Assembly: GCF_018350175.1 (NCBI RefSeq)
Contig: NC_058368.1
Coordinates: 129,086,001-129,150,000, forward strand
Reading direction: 5' to 3'
DNA from: Felis catus
Taxonomy: Eukaryota
Length of the DNA stretch: 64,000 bases
Shown here: in pieces, positions 1 through 15,411 of the stretch
Layout of the letters: every line of letters starts with the position of its first letter
Position numbering within the stretch: position 1 is the first letter of the stretch
Notes under the pieces: model-generated
What the model saw: the letters and a program-made list of their open reading frames with translations, nothing else
The model's database searches: none
What the model was told of the DNA's origin: nothing
Made by a program: the position numbers and the translations under genes

Positions 1-1830
1 TTCTCTAATAGCATTCGAAGAATTTTAATAAGGAATACACGTATAATAATAATAATAGAAATATTACTGAGTTTACCTCATGTTCAGTGTATCCAGAAGT
101 TCTCACAGAAGAGGGTAGAAACCAGTTGGGAGGGGGGGTGAATGATATCACAGTTGGAGGTCATCTTACTTTACTCTGACTTTCTGTCATGTATTTCTTT
201 TACTTCTACTTTCTCCCTTGTGCACTTTGCCCCCCCCCCCGCCCCCCCCCTCCCTTTCCTATGAGCTAGCCTGTAGTGGGCACACTACAGCAAAGAGGGA
301 CAGACTAAGCGGAAGCTGGTATTGGTCTTGGCTGGGAGCAGAGTGTGTATGTGTGTGTGTGTGTGGGGGGGTCATTTCAGTGGCCCTTTCACTCCTAGAG
401 CCTGGGCCATCCCAAAAGTAGGGTAGACTCCTCCCTGATATCACTGTCATGTGCCCAGAGATACCATTTCAGTCAGCTAGAAGCAGAAGGAATATATTCA
501 CATGTTAGATGCACTTGACACATGACATCCAAGATCTCTTCCACCTCTGATTCTGTGACTTTGGTGGTGGTATTTCTACAGAGACACAGGAAGCACCTGG
601 TATCATACTGCAAAAGGTACACCTCCTGTGGTTCTACTCAATTGTGCACTTACGTGTTGTTCTTTGATGAGACATTTGAATTTGAGCATGGTTCGAATAA
701 AACCAACATCATAAATTCCATTCATGCCTGCCAGTCCTGCTTAACTTAGCCTCCAAATGCCTCTGTGTCCCAGCCATCTTATATATCAGTCCATTCAGCC
801 TCTCTTAGGTATTCCAAACAGACAAGCAGACCTACTCAGCAATCCTGTGTTCACTGTGTAGCTTACTTTTAGTTGATTGTAAACTCCATCAGGTCCGAAA
901 CTATGACCTGTGTGTGTATCTTGGTGGCCTCCCTAAGGGCAGTACTTAAGAAGCAGTAGGCACTCGGAATTTGTTAAATAAAAAGTAACACTGTCATTTT
1001 TTGTTCTGTTTTGTTCTTAGCAGGAACTTGGAGATTTATTTTTGTACACATACGTGTTCCAAATCTAGCAATGAGCGACAGTCGGAGTTGTTTGATGGAG
1101 GCCTTATGTCACATCTTTCTTCCTTTTGTTCCCCTGTGGATGGTCATGTTCATTGTAATCGGGCTTGCATTAGCAACCAGTTTTTACAAGTATCCTAGGG
1201 AGATAGTTTGGTTATTACAAGCATATTCTTTCTTTCGTAGAACACTCAGGCATTGACATTTGGTGAAACAAAGGTATGATCTACTGGTGATTAATACAAT
1301 TTGCAAATATTCTGTAGGAGAGAATTGAATTTGCTGTCCTAAAGTGCAGCAGTGTGAAACTTAGAGAAATTTTAAAACAATTTTAAAAAAGTATGTTGGA
1401 AAAATATATAGTAATATAGAACTGTGTGAAGATAAAAAGACAAATCCGGATTGGCTCTTTCATCAACCAGCTCCTTCCTTAGTGTCTCCAACAGTTCCCT
1501 TATCCCTGAAGGCAACTACTGCTGACGGTGTGGTTTGCATTCTTTGAGACAGCTTTCTTTGTGCACACACATACGTAGTTTTTAAAAAACAATTAAAAAT
1601 ATTTTTCTCCCTTTTGCTTTTTTCTCTTAATATATGGTGTATATCTTATGTTAGTACAGACATGTCTGTTACTGTTTTAAATGCTGTGTAGTATTCCATA
1701 TTATGGATACATTTAACTACTAACTTACTGAATAATTTTGAAGTTGCTTTTGTTTTGTTTTTGTACTGTGTGCAGTACCACTTCAACCATTGTGTGTGTG
1801 TACATGTGTGAATTTGTGCAGATATTTTTG

Positions 1831-2011
1831 TTTTTAAGTTTATTTATTTTGAGAGAGAGAAAGCACATGAGCAGGGAAGGGGCAGAGAGAGAGGGTGAGA
1901 GAGAGAGGATCCCAAGCAGGCTCTGCACTGTTAGCTCAGAGCCTGACATGGGGCTTGAGATCATGACCTGAGGCAAAAATCAAGAGTCCTTCTGAGCCAC
2001 CCAGGAGCCCC
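1831..2011 (-). mobile_element. Can-SINE (SINEC)
   Basis: Reverse tRNA-derived head ending ccaggagcccc, (AG)n tract, T-rich tail, imperfect TSD tgtgca(ga/ag)tatttttg. Confidence 0.88.
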
Positions 2012-2126
2012 TGTGCAAGTATTTTTGAATAATAGATCCTTAGTAGTAGAAATGCCAGAACAAGTGGTACATGCATTTTTTAGTAAGTACTGCCACATTT
2101 CCCTCAAAGAATCACTGGGTTTATTT

Positions 2127-2342
2127 AAAAAAAATTTTTTTTTAATATTTATTTTTGAGAGACAGAGACAGAACACAAGTAGGGGAAGGGCAGAAAGAGA
2201 ATGAGACACAGAATCCAAAGCAGGCTCCAGGCTCTGAGCTGTCAGCCCAGAGCTCAATGCAGGGCTCAAACTCACAAACCATGAGATCATGACCTGAGAG
2301 CCAAAGTCGGACGCCTAACCAACTGAGCTATCCAGGTGCCCC
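2127..2342 (-). mobile_element. Can-SINE (felid SINEC_Fc-like)
   Basis: Contains gcaggctccaggctctgagctgtcagc; TSD tcact(g/a)ggtttattt at 2112-2126 and 2343-2357. Confidence 0.92.
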
Positions 2343-4639
2343 TCACTAGGTTTATTTTTAAGTTTTGACTAAAACTAGATGTTTCTCTAATAAGATTTAA
2401 TTTTTTTTTTTTTTTTTACAAAATTGATGGAATGTATGACCATGTACGTATGACTATCTTCATATGAAAAAGCATTTCACTTCAGCAAAAGAAGTGATCT
2501 TAGAACTTCTGTGTCTTCATTTGGAGGAATCACATCTCTAGCCCATGAGGAATTTGCTAGGGTAATACAGAAACAGCCAAGTTACTTTTAGCCCAGTACC
2601 CTTCATTTTTTGTCTTTTCACCTCTAAATCTTGCCTTCCCTTATACCATATAGTCATCTCTGACACTGTCTTCACTCTCATGCTTTTCAAAGGATAGCTA
2701 CCAGCTGTGATCAGTTTCCTCGCTAGTCCTCTGTCCTTGACCTGACCCTAAGTCTGTCCATGTTGGCTCTATGAGCTTATTGTGCCCTCCTCCCCCATAA
2801 ATGGGGTTTTCACTTTTTCTGAGACTCTGCAGAGTGTTGATGATCTTAGAAGTTAGCCTATATTTCCTTTGCTCTCCAGCTCTGTTACTGCGGATAGCAA
2901 CTGAATCTCTTCAGACCTCAGTTTTCTTATTTGTAAGACATGGACAATAAAGAGTTACCTGTTTTATAAGGTCAGGAGGGTTAAAGGAGTAAATTTGAAT
3001 TACTGTTATCACTGTCATGGTGATGACTCAGTTGACATGAGTCTTCAGGGCAGTGAGAGTTGAGGAAAATATTTGTGAGCTGTTTTTTAAACAACGTCAT
3101 TTAAATAATCTGAGCAAACCATTCTCGAAGCTTGCAAACATAGTAGATTTCTTTTAATAAATCTGAAGAGTTAGGTAATGTAAAGTCAAGACTTCCTGAG
3201 AACTTTGCATTTAAATATTTATATTTGTGTACCAAGTAATACATTTTTAGCTAAGTTGCAGAAAGTGACCTACCTGTTATGCACACTATGTTTACATTCT
3301 GCATTTTTAAATGAGCCTGGAGAGTGTACAAATACTGTATTGCTTTTTCACCCATATAAGACACATGCTTATTTCTGTACATGAATAAACATATTATTGA
3401 GCTTCTGAAGGAAATTAAGTGATAATAAGAGATGAGTAATAAAGTCAGATGAGAGGAAAGTAATAGAGGAAGATCTATAAACCCTGACAGGCCTTTCTAT
3501 GTGAGTTCCCTGAGCTATATGGTGATTGCAGTACTACTTATTCTCTTCTTTTGCATTGAACTGAAGGGAAGGTGGCTTGCTGAGGGAGCCCAGCCTGGCA
3601 CATGCCGGGGCTCCCTCTGTCATTAGCCTCCCGAGATAAAGACCATGGGCCGACCTCTAACATCTTCTGGAGCTGACCATTGAGAATAGAAGGTGAGGAA
3701 GGATCTGGCTTTTGAAGCCATCACAATTGTAGGTTGAAAGGAAGGCATTGCCACTACTTTGAAATGAGGATTTAAGGAATAATAAAATTTGAATCTTTTT
3801 TCAAGTGTGTTTTTATTCAGTGCATGTTATTTTTCAGCAATCTTCTGATTCTTGTTTTTCCTAAAGAAAGAATTTTTTTTGGAGTCTGAATCACTAAAGT
3901 TTGCTGCTTTGCCTTTTCCCTTGCGGTGCCAGTGGTTGATGTCAGGATTTTGCCTTCAGCTTGTAAGACAGGTGTACCGGTGCTTTTTTAAGTCGCAGAC
4001 TTAATGTTGCCTAGCTGTAGCAGCGGGCACTGAGATTTTAGGAGATGGCATTTTTCTAGGTGCCCTAAAAGAGGCTGAATTAATCACCTCTACAGTGTAG
4101 ACATCTGTTGCCTACATTCTGCCTTTATAGATTAAATTTAACAATTTTAACCAAAAAACCCTCACTTCTGCATAAATATAAATAGTTCAGGCATTATTTA
4201 GACTACTGTATTGTTAAAGTTAGGTCACAGTTAAGGTGAAGAGGTAAAGTAAAGCTTTTCATTTCCTTTTTGTTTGAATTGTTTTCCAGCAGATTAAGCC
4301 AAGAAAAGAAAGCATTAAGTTCCCTATTAGAACCCAAAGCTGTGAATAATTCCACATACCAAACATAGCATAAGCCAGTTGTGAATGTGTCTCAGTTTCT
4401 CAGTTTAAAATTTACAGAATGGTTTGCTGCCACTTACTGCTTAAAAGCAACTGTTTCCTTGACATGAGACAGATATTTCATTTGGTGTGTCTTAAATATG
4501 CTTCATTCAATACACTGGAGAGGTGTCTGTTTGATGCTTCTGAACCCTGAATACTTTTCAGTATGAAGACCCACAAAGTGCCAACATGTTTAACATTCTC
4601 TCCAAATATAGAATAGTTCCCCTACCCTGCTGGCAAACA

Positions 4640-4733
4640 TTCTGAGTCAGTAGTTCTGAAGTGTGGTGCCTAGGTATCTATTTTTTCCACAGGGTGCCTC
4701 AGGAATCTTGATAGACTCTTAATTTTGAGAACT
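4640..4733. mobile_element. MER5-like hAT-Charlie DNA transposon fragment
   Basis: attctgagtcagtag...tttgagaactg resembles the MER5A end; judged by eye. Confidence 0.45.
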
Positions 4734-6683
4734 GCCCGGATAAGGGGGTTTTGATCCTGAGATAAACCAAATCAGGTATCAGACAGGGAAAGCCAAGGAC
4801 ATGGACCAAGTGCCCCTCCATGTTCATGAATTCTCTTTTTGCTCTCTTTCTATGGTATTACATAACTAACATAAGAGGGTAAATCAAATGCACACATCTC
4901 TAGCTGGGAATGAGAGACAATTAAACTGCTTGACTTTTTTCACTAGATAATTTCACTTTCCCTGAAGGCTTGAAACTTTGAAGAATTAAGCTTTGGTAAT
5001 AAAGATTAATTATACAGTTGTAAACTTATAGCGTTCGTAATTATAAATATAAATAAGGGTAAAAAAATATGATAGGTTTTAAAACCTTTTAATGGACCAT
5101 TTAATTTACATACACAGATTCTGGTTCCTGCCCAACTGGGGGACTATTTAATAGCAAATGTATAAATACATGAATAATGTTTCTCTTTGCATACCTTTCT
5201 CAAAGCTAAACACTGAGAGGTTTTCTTTGTTGGTAGATAGCCACTAACAAGTAGAAATAAATTTTGCAAGTCTACATTTTATACAAGGCTTAGGCAACAC
5301 TTTAATACTTGTAATCAAGACATATTAGGATTTAAATAGTTAAGCATTAAAGTTTACTAAATGAATCTGTTCTTTTAAGGAGGTTATTATTGTAGACATT
5401 TAATTTCCTGGTCTATAATGTATAGTATTACATATTCCTAAAGTGTTGAGTTGTGTTTAGAGTAAATTTATGTTTTATTTACCAACTGGTTGTGTTTACT
5501 TGCATTCTTATTACCAAGTGAAGATGTTTTCTATGCAGTCACATGAAAAGATTTCTAATTCTTATCACCTAGTTAATTTTTTATTCCTCCATTATACAGT
5601 ATTAGGTTTGAGGAAGTGGGAGGCTTGAGGGTACATAGTTTTTCCAAGCTGTGCCTAGAACTGAAGTCTTCCGAGGTCTGATCTAGGATTAGGTCTTCTC
5701 GGCTCGTGTGTAGACGTTATTAGATAGATTATTTGCAGTAAAATTTTATCTGGGCCATTTTGCCTCTGCAGTGTCTCCCCCTTCCCCCACACTCTTTAAG
5801 AAATACGTTAATTCTAACACTAGCTTACCAAACCTAACCTGCTTTTCCTGCCCTCAACATGAAAACTGAAAAACCCTCAGTTTTGTTAAAAACTTGAGAA
5901 ACATTATTCATATATTTATACATTTTCTTTTAGATGTCTTCCCAGCTAGTCAAGAATATCTGTGTGTAAATTAAATATCCCATTAAAGAAACATAACAAA
6001 TTATCATATTTTAAAAAATACGAGTGTTTTAAAACATATTGAATTTTAAGGAAAAATTCATTGTTATAATTCAAGTCAAATAAACATGATTTCTGGAATA
6101 TTCTTTGTAACATTTTTCTCTTTTAGTATGAAAAAAATAAGAGTTGAGTATATCCTGAAGTTCTTGTAGAGTGTCTGAATGTTGACCCCTTTGCCACTTT
6201 AGGCCAATAAGACTGGGTTTTTTCCCTCTAAACCACATTGAAATCTACTTAAAATATTTAGAAATTTATGTGGTATATAGAAAAGCCAAGTCTCAACATG
6301 GCTCTGACCCAAGCAGTGAAGGGTAGCATGCCTTCTACTACACCAGGATGGTCAGTCCCCATCTCAGTCCTTTAGGGACAGGATTCCTTGTAGGTCTTGG
6401 TCTTCAGTGCCCAATAGAGAACAACTGAAAAGTGAGGAGTACTGGGGGAAGTAACCACTGTGAGGATAGAAATTGACTTTCTTTAGTTCAGCTCATCAGA
6501 AGGAACAAAGAGTAGATAATCAGTAGCTTGTCAGAATTTTCCCTAAAAAGAGGTTAAAGAAGGATGTGTCAGATTGCCCAGGAGGGTTTTAGCAAGATAC
6601 TGGAGAAAGCTTAAATATGAAAGTTGACATCCTATCATTGAGTTGTTGGGCAAGTCTCTTCTGGTGCATTTAAAGAATCTATA

Positions 6684-6897
6684 GGGGTGCCTGGGTGACT
6701 CAGTCTATTAAAGACATGACTCTTGATTTTGGCTCAGGTCATGATCTCATGGTTCATGGGATTGAGCCCTGGGTGAGTCTCTTTGCTGTCAGTGGAGCCT
6801 GCTTGAGATTCTCTTTCCCTCTCTCTCTCTCTGCCTGTTCCCTACTCACTTGGGCATGCATGCATTCTCTGTTAAAAAAAAATAAACTTAAAAAAAG
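6684..6897 (+). mobile_element. Can-SINE
   Basis: ggggtgcctgggtgactcagt head, (CT)n tract, aataaa/poly-A tail. Confidence 0.9.
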
Positions 6898-7699
6898 ATG
6901 GATCTATAGTTGTCGTTGTGCATTTGTATTTGTGTGTGTCTCTTTCTCTAGAATCAAGGAGATGGGCTGGATTAGGGGCTCTCAGTCCCTGTGGGATACA
7001 GATGTAGCCCCATTAGTTAACTCTTCACAGCACTGTGTGTCCTTAGATCTTCCTGTGAAAGAGAGAAATGTGTTAATAAGTGCTTGCGAACATCCCAGTA
7101 TCTTTCCTTAGATTTGTGTTTGATTTAGGGCTGACAGTGCCTGTCTTGATGTCGTCAGGGTTCAACTTTAGCTCCAAGGTTCTGGGATGTATTCTTCAGA
7201 AGGGGAGAGAACCAGGAGACTGTGGATTTGGCACTGTGGCTCTGGACAAGTCCTAATCACTGTGAACTTGTTTCTGCTTCTGTAGAATAGGGACTATGAT
7301 CTTAACTCACCTCTAGGGGACGTTGTAAGGCAAAAATGAGATAAATGTGAAAATGCTTTAGCAGTTCTTGTTTGATAGGAATCTTTCTCTTAGGGGAGGA
7401 ATGTACACATGTCTTTCTCCTCCCTCCTTCTCCCCCGTTCCAGTACTTGACTGCCTGATAGAGGCAAAAACTGGTTAAGTGTCAGGAAGCAGTGGTGAGC
7501 AGGGCAGCTACCATCCTTGCTCTCTGGAGCTTAAATATCTACTTACATACCAAGTCCTCCTTGGTACAACTTTCTCTGCCTTACTTCTGGAACAACCAGT
7601 CTCTCCAGCTCTTCCTTCTAGGCCACTCATTCCCGTTGGCAATCCTCACTCATTTTCTTTCCCAGTCTTTAAACATTGGCCTTCCTTGGGGCCCTATCT

Positions 7700-9556
7700 T
7701 AGATACTCTTCCTGTCTGTAGAGTCTCCTGTAAAATATCCAGTCCCCTACTTGAAATCGTTTCTCCTCTTCTTGACTATCTCAGAGGTACTTAAAATTCA
7801 CCCTATCTGAAACAGAACTCATGACCTAATAAACACTGCCCTCCCACCCCATAACCTGGTCCTGCTCTGATCTGTGTGTCATTGAGTTGTCCATCATCCA
7901 GTTGTGTAACCCAGAAACCTTGTCTTTCCTAACTCCCTGATCTTACAAATCTCACATACCCACTTCTTTACCACTTCTTTGCTTTTATGCCTTGAATTCC
8001 TGTCAGATTCTACATTTCTGTTCTCTCTCTTGTTTTTCAAGCTCCATCATCATCCTTTGTACAGACCATGAAAACATCATCCTCACTGTTCTCTTATGTA
8101 TTTTTGCTTCCTAGTCCATCCTCCACACTTGAGAGATATTTTTTAGGTACCTAAATATATTCACATAGTTCTCAAATTTTAAAAATATGAAAAGGTGCAG
8201 GGAAGAGCTTTCTTCCCTCGTGTACCTAGGTTACCCATTCTTTTTTTTTTTATTTTATTTTTTTTAATATTTGTTTATTTTTGAGACAGAGAGAGAGCAT
8301 GAGCAGGGAAGGGGCAGAGAGAGAGGGAGACACAGAATGTGAAGCAGGCTCCAGGCTCTGAGCTGTCAGCACAGAGCCCGACGCGGGCCTCGAGCTCACG
8401 AACTGTGAGATCATGACCTGAGCCGAAGTCGGACGCTTAACCGACTGAGCCACCCAGGCACCCCCTAGGTTACCCATTCTATGCATGTGGAAGGAAATGC
8501 TAAGTTTTAGGCTTTTCCTAAAACTTCATTATTTACATAAAGTTTTTTTTTTTTTAATGTACACTTTTCTTCAGCTTGTTTTATTTTTTCATTCAACAGC
8601 ATATCTTGGATATTTTTCCATTGTAGTACATAGAGATTCTCCACATTCATTTTTGTGGCTGAATATGTTCCATCGTAGGAATGTTGAAATTGATGCACAT
8701 TAGAGCAAAACATCTTTACTATCTAGAGTATTTCATTCTTCTCCTTTGGATGACCTTGTCAGGCATTCCTCTTTATTACACTTAGGGAAGAGAAATCTAA
8801 ACTCACTTGCCAGGGCTCTCAAGGTCTAGCCCTTCTTCTCTGGGTTGTCTTGTATTTGTCTTTTCCTCATCCTCTACTTTTGGATTGTATGAACATAGAC
8901 TAGCTTTTATCTCATCTGTGTTCTGTGTTCCTTCCCACCTGAGACTTCTGCTTAAGCTCTTAGTCTCACATGCAGACCCATTCCTTCCTTTTCCTGTTTT
9001 CTAGTTAACCTCTAATCTACGTAAGGGAAATTTCAACTCAGTTTCCATTTCCTTAAGGTGTGCTTACCCTGGTGATCCATGGCCAAGTCAGAGCTTTCTG
9101 ATACCGTCTTCTGGCATTTGGTTGCTTCCTTTGAACAGTTATTATCATTTATTATTGTATATTTATATGTGTGATTATTAGGTTGATATTTATCTCACTT
9201 AAAATAGTATTTCTCAAATAGTGGGTTGCAACCCGTTTTGGGTTATGAAATCAGTTTTAAAAATTATGATAAGCCCTTTTCAAAAAAAGAAATAGAGAAT
9301 ATCAGAGCCTTTCACTTAAAGTAGAGGTCTTTTTTCCATCATGCTTTTGCTTCAGATTAATAGATGTGATCCCATAAACACCTGGATATACAAATATATT
9401 GGGCATGATGTTAATTGTTATTGTTGGTCTTAGTCAAAAATATTTTATGGTAAATTATATGACGGTAGCAGTTCTATTTTTGTACACAATTTCATCCCCA
9501 AATCTAGCAGAGGACATTCAGTAAATATGTTGTCTCAATGAATAAATAAATGAATG
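7700..9556 (+). mobile_element. Degraded, interrupted L2 LINE relic
   Basis: Pyrimidine-rich L2-like blocks ending in cagtaaatatgttgtctcaatgaataaataaatgaatg (L2 3' tail). Interrupted by younger insertions; boundaries approximate. Confidence 0.5.
8242..8464 (-). mobile_element. Can-SINE (felid SINEC_Fc-like)
   Basis: Full length with CpGs retained; perfect 16-bp TSD ctaggttacccattct at 8226-8241 and 8465-8480. Confidence 0.95.
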
Positions 9557-10537
9557 CGCACCTTTTCGGGGAGATTCACAGACTCATCCTTCCTCTTAGG
9601 AACTAATGAACCCTGGTTCTAAGCAGATGTTAGTGTTTGTTTCCTTGGCCAATTCATTTTGCATCATTAGATTATTAGAAGAAAAGGAAAGGAATGTGAA
9701 ACCAGACTTTTAATGTATTTTTTAAGGGTTGATAAGGAGATTAAACACTATTGATGAAAAGTTTTTAGATTTAAATTTTTTATATTACTTATACATCTTA
9801 GGCCTTAAATACCATTTTTCTTTTTGAATAAATAATGAAACTTAATTTTTACCTGCCTAAATATCTGGATAATGTTTGAGTTTCTAAGGTAGTCTACGTG
9901 GAGGGCTTATTACATAGCTCTTACCTTTTGTGTGTGCTTCAGCAATAAAATATTTATGCAGTTCGGCAAGGTGATACTACAACCTGGTTTAGTACAACAG
10001 CTGCACTGCCTGTTCCCATGTGGCTTGATTTCCCTTTTTAATCTTCAGTTTTTGTGCAACTAAAGAGTATGTCAGCATGTAGTTTATACAGCAGCAGATA
10101 ACAGTGAAAGCTTCTTGAATTAACATAGTAAAGAGAAATACTCTGCTCAGTTTACTTGGTTTCACATTTTTCTCATGTCTTTGAAAACTTTCCTAACATG
10201 TTCTACACAGTAGAGCTTTATCAACAATCATGTATTTTACAATAAGACCTTTTTGTGACTTTTTAATTCTTTAGACGTGTAAACTCATCTGCAAAGGTTT
10301 AGTTTCTGATCTTTAAAAAGAAAATATCTCAGTTCTACAGTAATCTGCATTATAGCTTAGCACAAATCAACAAAGACCTGGAAATGAGAGAATGATTTTC
10401 ATATTTATTTTCAGTCATAAATTTGTATGTATAATTGAAATTGAGATTGGCTTAAAAAGTGTGTAGGCAAAAAGTACAGAATCTTAATTCTTCTCAAATT
10501 TATTATCAGAGCCCTTTAGCACAGAGTTTTTATCTAG

Positions 10538-10720
<183 letters not shown>

Positions 10721-11249
10721 TGATTTTTTTTAAAAGAAATATTCTAAATATATACATATATAGAAAGTATCTATATATGATTATGTGTACACTAGAATAA
10801 AGGCTTTTTAAATTATTTTTTTGAAGAATAGAGTCTGAGTTAACCAACCAATTAGAAACTATTATGTTGTAATGCATTAATTTACTTAGGTGTCCGTAGA
10901 CAAGATGTGGAGCATTTTTGTTTCTCTCAGTTCCCATTACTAAAATGGTAACAGTTTATACAATTTTGAAAAACCTTTCAGTACTCAAAAGTAAATAGCT
11001 TAATATTATTAAAAATGCTATCTTTTTACATTTTTTACTTTTTCTAGTTAATGTTCTCAAGTAGAGCATAACTTTGAATACAGTCCCTATAATGTGCTTT
11101 GTATATTTAAGGGTTTTTTTTGAGGTTCCGAAGTATCTCCTGTTCTAATCCATATTCTGTAAATTTTACATAATTATTTTTGAACAATTTATACATGCAT
11201 GTGAGATTATATATTTAGTTTAATAATGTCAGTGTATTTAAATTAGATT

Positions 11250-11445
11250 CAGAAGCAGGAACTTTGGAGTCATACAGACCTGGGTTTCAATCTAAATTCT
11301 AAATCTTACTGAATGTATGAACTTTGGCAAGTTATTTAAGTCCATTTCCTCATCTGTAAAATTAGTTAATGATAACACATCTCCCTCAAGTTACGAGTAA
11401 ATGTAATGGTGTCTAACATGTCGTTTTAGCCTTGGTAAATGTTAA
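11250..11445 (+). mobile_element. MIR
   Basis: ctttggagtcatacagacctgggtt...ggcaagttatttaa...tttcctcatctgtaaaat (MIR core). Confidence 0.75.
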
Positions 11446-12384
11446 TTTTCATCACCAAAATTTGATGGCCCAGGAAACATAGTTATCATCGTTATAAATT
11501 CTGTGTGAGTAGAAGCTATGTCTGTTGCTTTATACAGAACTTTTAGTACCCATAAACACAATTCTCAATACTGGGTAAAATGCTTTTTTAGTCATATTAA
11601 ATCACTCTCTTTTTATAGGGGATATAGCTATTGTTCTGGCTAATGTATTCAAATTGGTTTTTAACAGAGGAGATAACTGATTGATACTTTTGACAACTCA
11701 TCAATACTGTGTTAAAAAGCTTTTCTAATATTTATAATAATTATTGTTTTTTTTAACTCTGAAGAATTAGCATATATTCTGTTACTGGTCATGTTCAGAA
11801 AATAGTGTATTCTGATTAATCAGTATCCTCTTGCCAAAGATTTATCCCATTTACTAAATATAGATCGTCAATTTTCCGAGAATTAGATTACAGTAAAATA
11901 CATTTAACCCTAAAACTACTTCACACGTGATTTAATCATCATTTGGTAATTAATAGGTAGTCAAACTCATGTAGTAGATCAGAGTCTGCCTTCTGAAAAT
12001 TAATTACCGTTAGACTATAGGTGTACTTGAGTGTTGCTTAATAGTTGTGGTTTATATGCTTAAGAGTAAAGCGTTTATTTTCATTGCTGTTGCTGAGTAA
12101 TAGGTTAGAAGTTTATCAGGAAAAGAAACATTAAATCAAATCCATGATGTAGTGGTAATATTAAAGGTTTGGCATATTTTGATTCACAGGAAGTATTTCA
12201 TAGATTCTCATGTTAATGAATAGTACACTTTGGCCTAGTGGAAGCAAAGTGAAAGAGGTATTAGGCCTACAGCTGCTATTTTTATCCCTGTAGATGATGT
12301 ATACATTATATATGCTGTATGAAGTAACATCATCTAATTTTGGAAATGGAATAACTTTTTTTATTTTTTAATTTTTTGGCATAA

Positions 12385-12570
12385 CTTTTAGAGTTAACAC
12401 AGATCTGGGCTCTGATCCCAGCGATTCCTCTTGTCCTTTGGGCAAGTTACTTCATTTCTCTGAAGCATGGTTTTATAATTCATAAAATGGGATTATAATC
12501 TGGCCTACTTTATATAGTTATTGTGAAGAATACCTGGTAGGTACAAATGTAAAAACTCTTTAGCATGATG
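12385..12570 (+). mobile_element. MIR
   Basis: agatctgggctctgatcccagc...ttgggcaagttacttcatttctctgaag...taaaatgggattataat. Confidence 0.7.
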
Positions 12571-13376
12571 TCCAGTAAATGGCAACTCCCTTTCTTCCTC
12601 GCAGTCTTCATCTGTTCATGACTGTTTAGTGCTTCCATATGGGAAATAACTTTTTAAGATTATTGAAATAATCCTGGAAGCACAACATTTGTGATTTAGG
12701 GTGAAAGTGCTTTTGAGTTCTTTGCAAGGCTCAAATGTAAAGCCTGTGATGGGGTTCCATTACTTGTCAGGGTACACGCCTGACAGGATCTGTGGATCTT
12801 TAGGTTTAGGCTGCTTAATTGAATATCTGCCATTTCCTCCTTCATTTGCCTTTCACACAGAACCTTGAATAAAAGGACCCCCTCTCTTTTTCTGCTGCTT
12901 ATGGCCTTGTTCAAGTAATGTCCTGTAGGGAGAACTGGTGGTGTTCAGCTCAGATTCTTATTTGTTGAACACATAGCATTAAACACTTTTGGGATTGATA
13001 GATTTCTTTAGGGTTTTCTCGAAAGAGACTTAGTCTTGTGTCCCCTCTCCCCCCCTTTTTAAAAATTTTATTTGGAGAATTTGGCATAAGAGTAGTGGAC
13101 AGAGCTTTAAGTTCCAGCTTTGACAGGCGGAGTTAGCTTACCAGGTCACAGGTTATGGTTCTGCTTCCTGGATCTCTCATTTAGAGCAAGAGAATTCTTT
13201 AACCTGTGATGCAGTCCATTTCCTTTGACTATTGCAAAAAGAGTCCCATCTGAGTGAATATAAAAGTATAATGTTGCTCTTCTTGTCAGAAAACTTCGGT
13301 GTGAGAATGTACCAAAATTCTGATTTACCTCAAAAACTGAAGGACTTCGCAACTCTGGAAATATACTACAAAAGAT

Positions 13377-13445
13377 TGCAGTGTACAGTTTAAATAGGTG
13401 AATTGTATGGTATGTGAATTATGTCTCAATAATGCAGTTTTTTAA
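13377..13445 (+). mobile_element. Short L1 3'-end fragment
   Basis: tgtacagtttaaataggtgaattgtatggtatgtgaattatgtctcaataa is a typical old L1M 3' terminus. Confidence 0.65.
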
Positions 13446-13890
13446 GAACAGAAAGATAGATGTTATTATTATAAACATTACTCAGTCGATTTAGAAGATC
13501 CCTAAAGAGTTATCAGTAGACTGCTTTTGGCTTGTCTATTCTGGTGGTAAGTACAATCAGTTGGAAGAGTCAGGAAGGTGCCAAATTATTTGTCTTGTTT
13601 AATTTGGTATGTTTCTGTAGGCTGGCAAAAATTTCTTCTTTGTAATTGGGAAGGTAACCAAATTTCCTCATGTGCATTATGAAACATTTTTTAAAAAAAT
13701 TAACAGTTAATTCTCTGATTAAATTGCCATTTAGGATAGAGACCAGTTTTAAACAAACTTTTGTTTGCTTAAGAGGGCTGGTGTCAAAAATTACCTGCCC
13801 TGGACCCTAGAGAAAGAAATAAAGTGGTCTGTTTGTGTATTGCTGCGTATTTTTGAACACTTTTCTAAAGGTCTGATTTTTCCCCATTAG

Positions 13891-14154
<264 letters not shown>

Positions 14155-15078
14155 TGAACTAACTGCCATTATATCCTGGTTAGAAGAAGGAGGACTTGGG
14201 CTGACATTTGCAGGAAATAATCTTGGGAAGGTTTGGGGGAAATTGTGTGATCCTGAAAGCGAGCATAGGAATCTGCTTTAATATTTGAAAAAAGAAGCCA
14301 TGTTGTTTTAAAACAGTTATTTTGTTTAGTAGAGCTAGTTACTTATTTCTAGAATAATATTGTAATCAATTCGTCTAAAATTTGGGTTTTTCCCTCCTTT
14401 GCCTACATTAAAAGTATCAAAAGTGGTTTGAACATTTTTTTTTTTGGCTGCTACAGACTTAGACGAACTTTTGATTGTCAGAATGGAAAAGATACAGCAA
14501 ACTACAATTTTTATTGCTTCCCAGATCTCTGATAAAAATGATTGAAAAAAATGACAAATCTGTTAGTCTTATTCACCGGGAAATTTGGGGAGATGAATAT
14601 TTTTACCCAGTGCCCATTGCTAAGGAATTAATGCATTTGTGGTCTTTCTATTAAGAAATCTGCATGGGGAAAATGGAACTTTTGACAAATATCTCAATGC
14701 CTGTTTTTTATGTTTTGGATATGATAACTAGAAGATCCTAGTTTCATTGAAATTGAATAGAATAACTCTTCATACCTTCACCTTTTTTCTCTCTTGGTTA
14801 ATAATAGACTACATCCTGTTGATTGATCCCATGTTAAGTCTAGACCAAGGGAAGCTGTTGTTTTTGTATGTGCCCCATGATTGTAATAATTGGAAGGGAC
14901 CTTTGAAGTGAACTTGTTTTATGGGTAAGGAAACTGAATTCTGGGGAAGTTCAGGAGACTTCCAGAAAATGGCATTGACTGACTTACAGATATGCAGCAA
15001 GTTGGTAAAGAATTGGACGTTAGAGTTTCCTCTTTCCTGTTAATAGAATGTATGTTCAGAAACTTGGTATGGATGACA

Positions 15079-15082
<4 letters not shown>

Positions 15083-15109
<27 letters not shown>
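15083..15109 (+). repeat. Poly-T run
   Basis: About 27 consecutive T. Confidence 0.9.
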
Positions 15110-15411
15110 GACAGATATATCTGCTACTTGCCACCTGTTAGGTATTTGTTGACCTTTTTCCCTGGTATTTTTATTAACTACCTTGTAATAACTTAATCTT
15201 GGTACATTCCTTGGGTCACCTAAAGTAATGGTTAGTGATCTCTAACCCAATCAAAATTTAAATCAGTCTGTAACTATAGTAGATTGTTTCAATATATTAG
15301 AAGAGTGTTTGGGAGCATGGTCTGGTGATTGGAGAACACAAGTGTAATGCGTGGTTTAAACGTATTTTTATACAATACTGAGTGATACACTTTTCCAGGT
15401 AAACCTTTTTC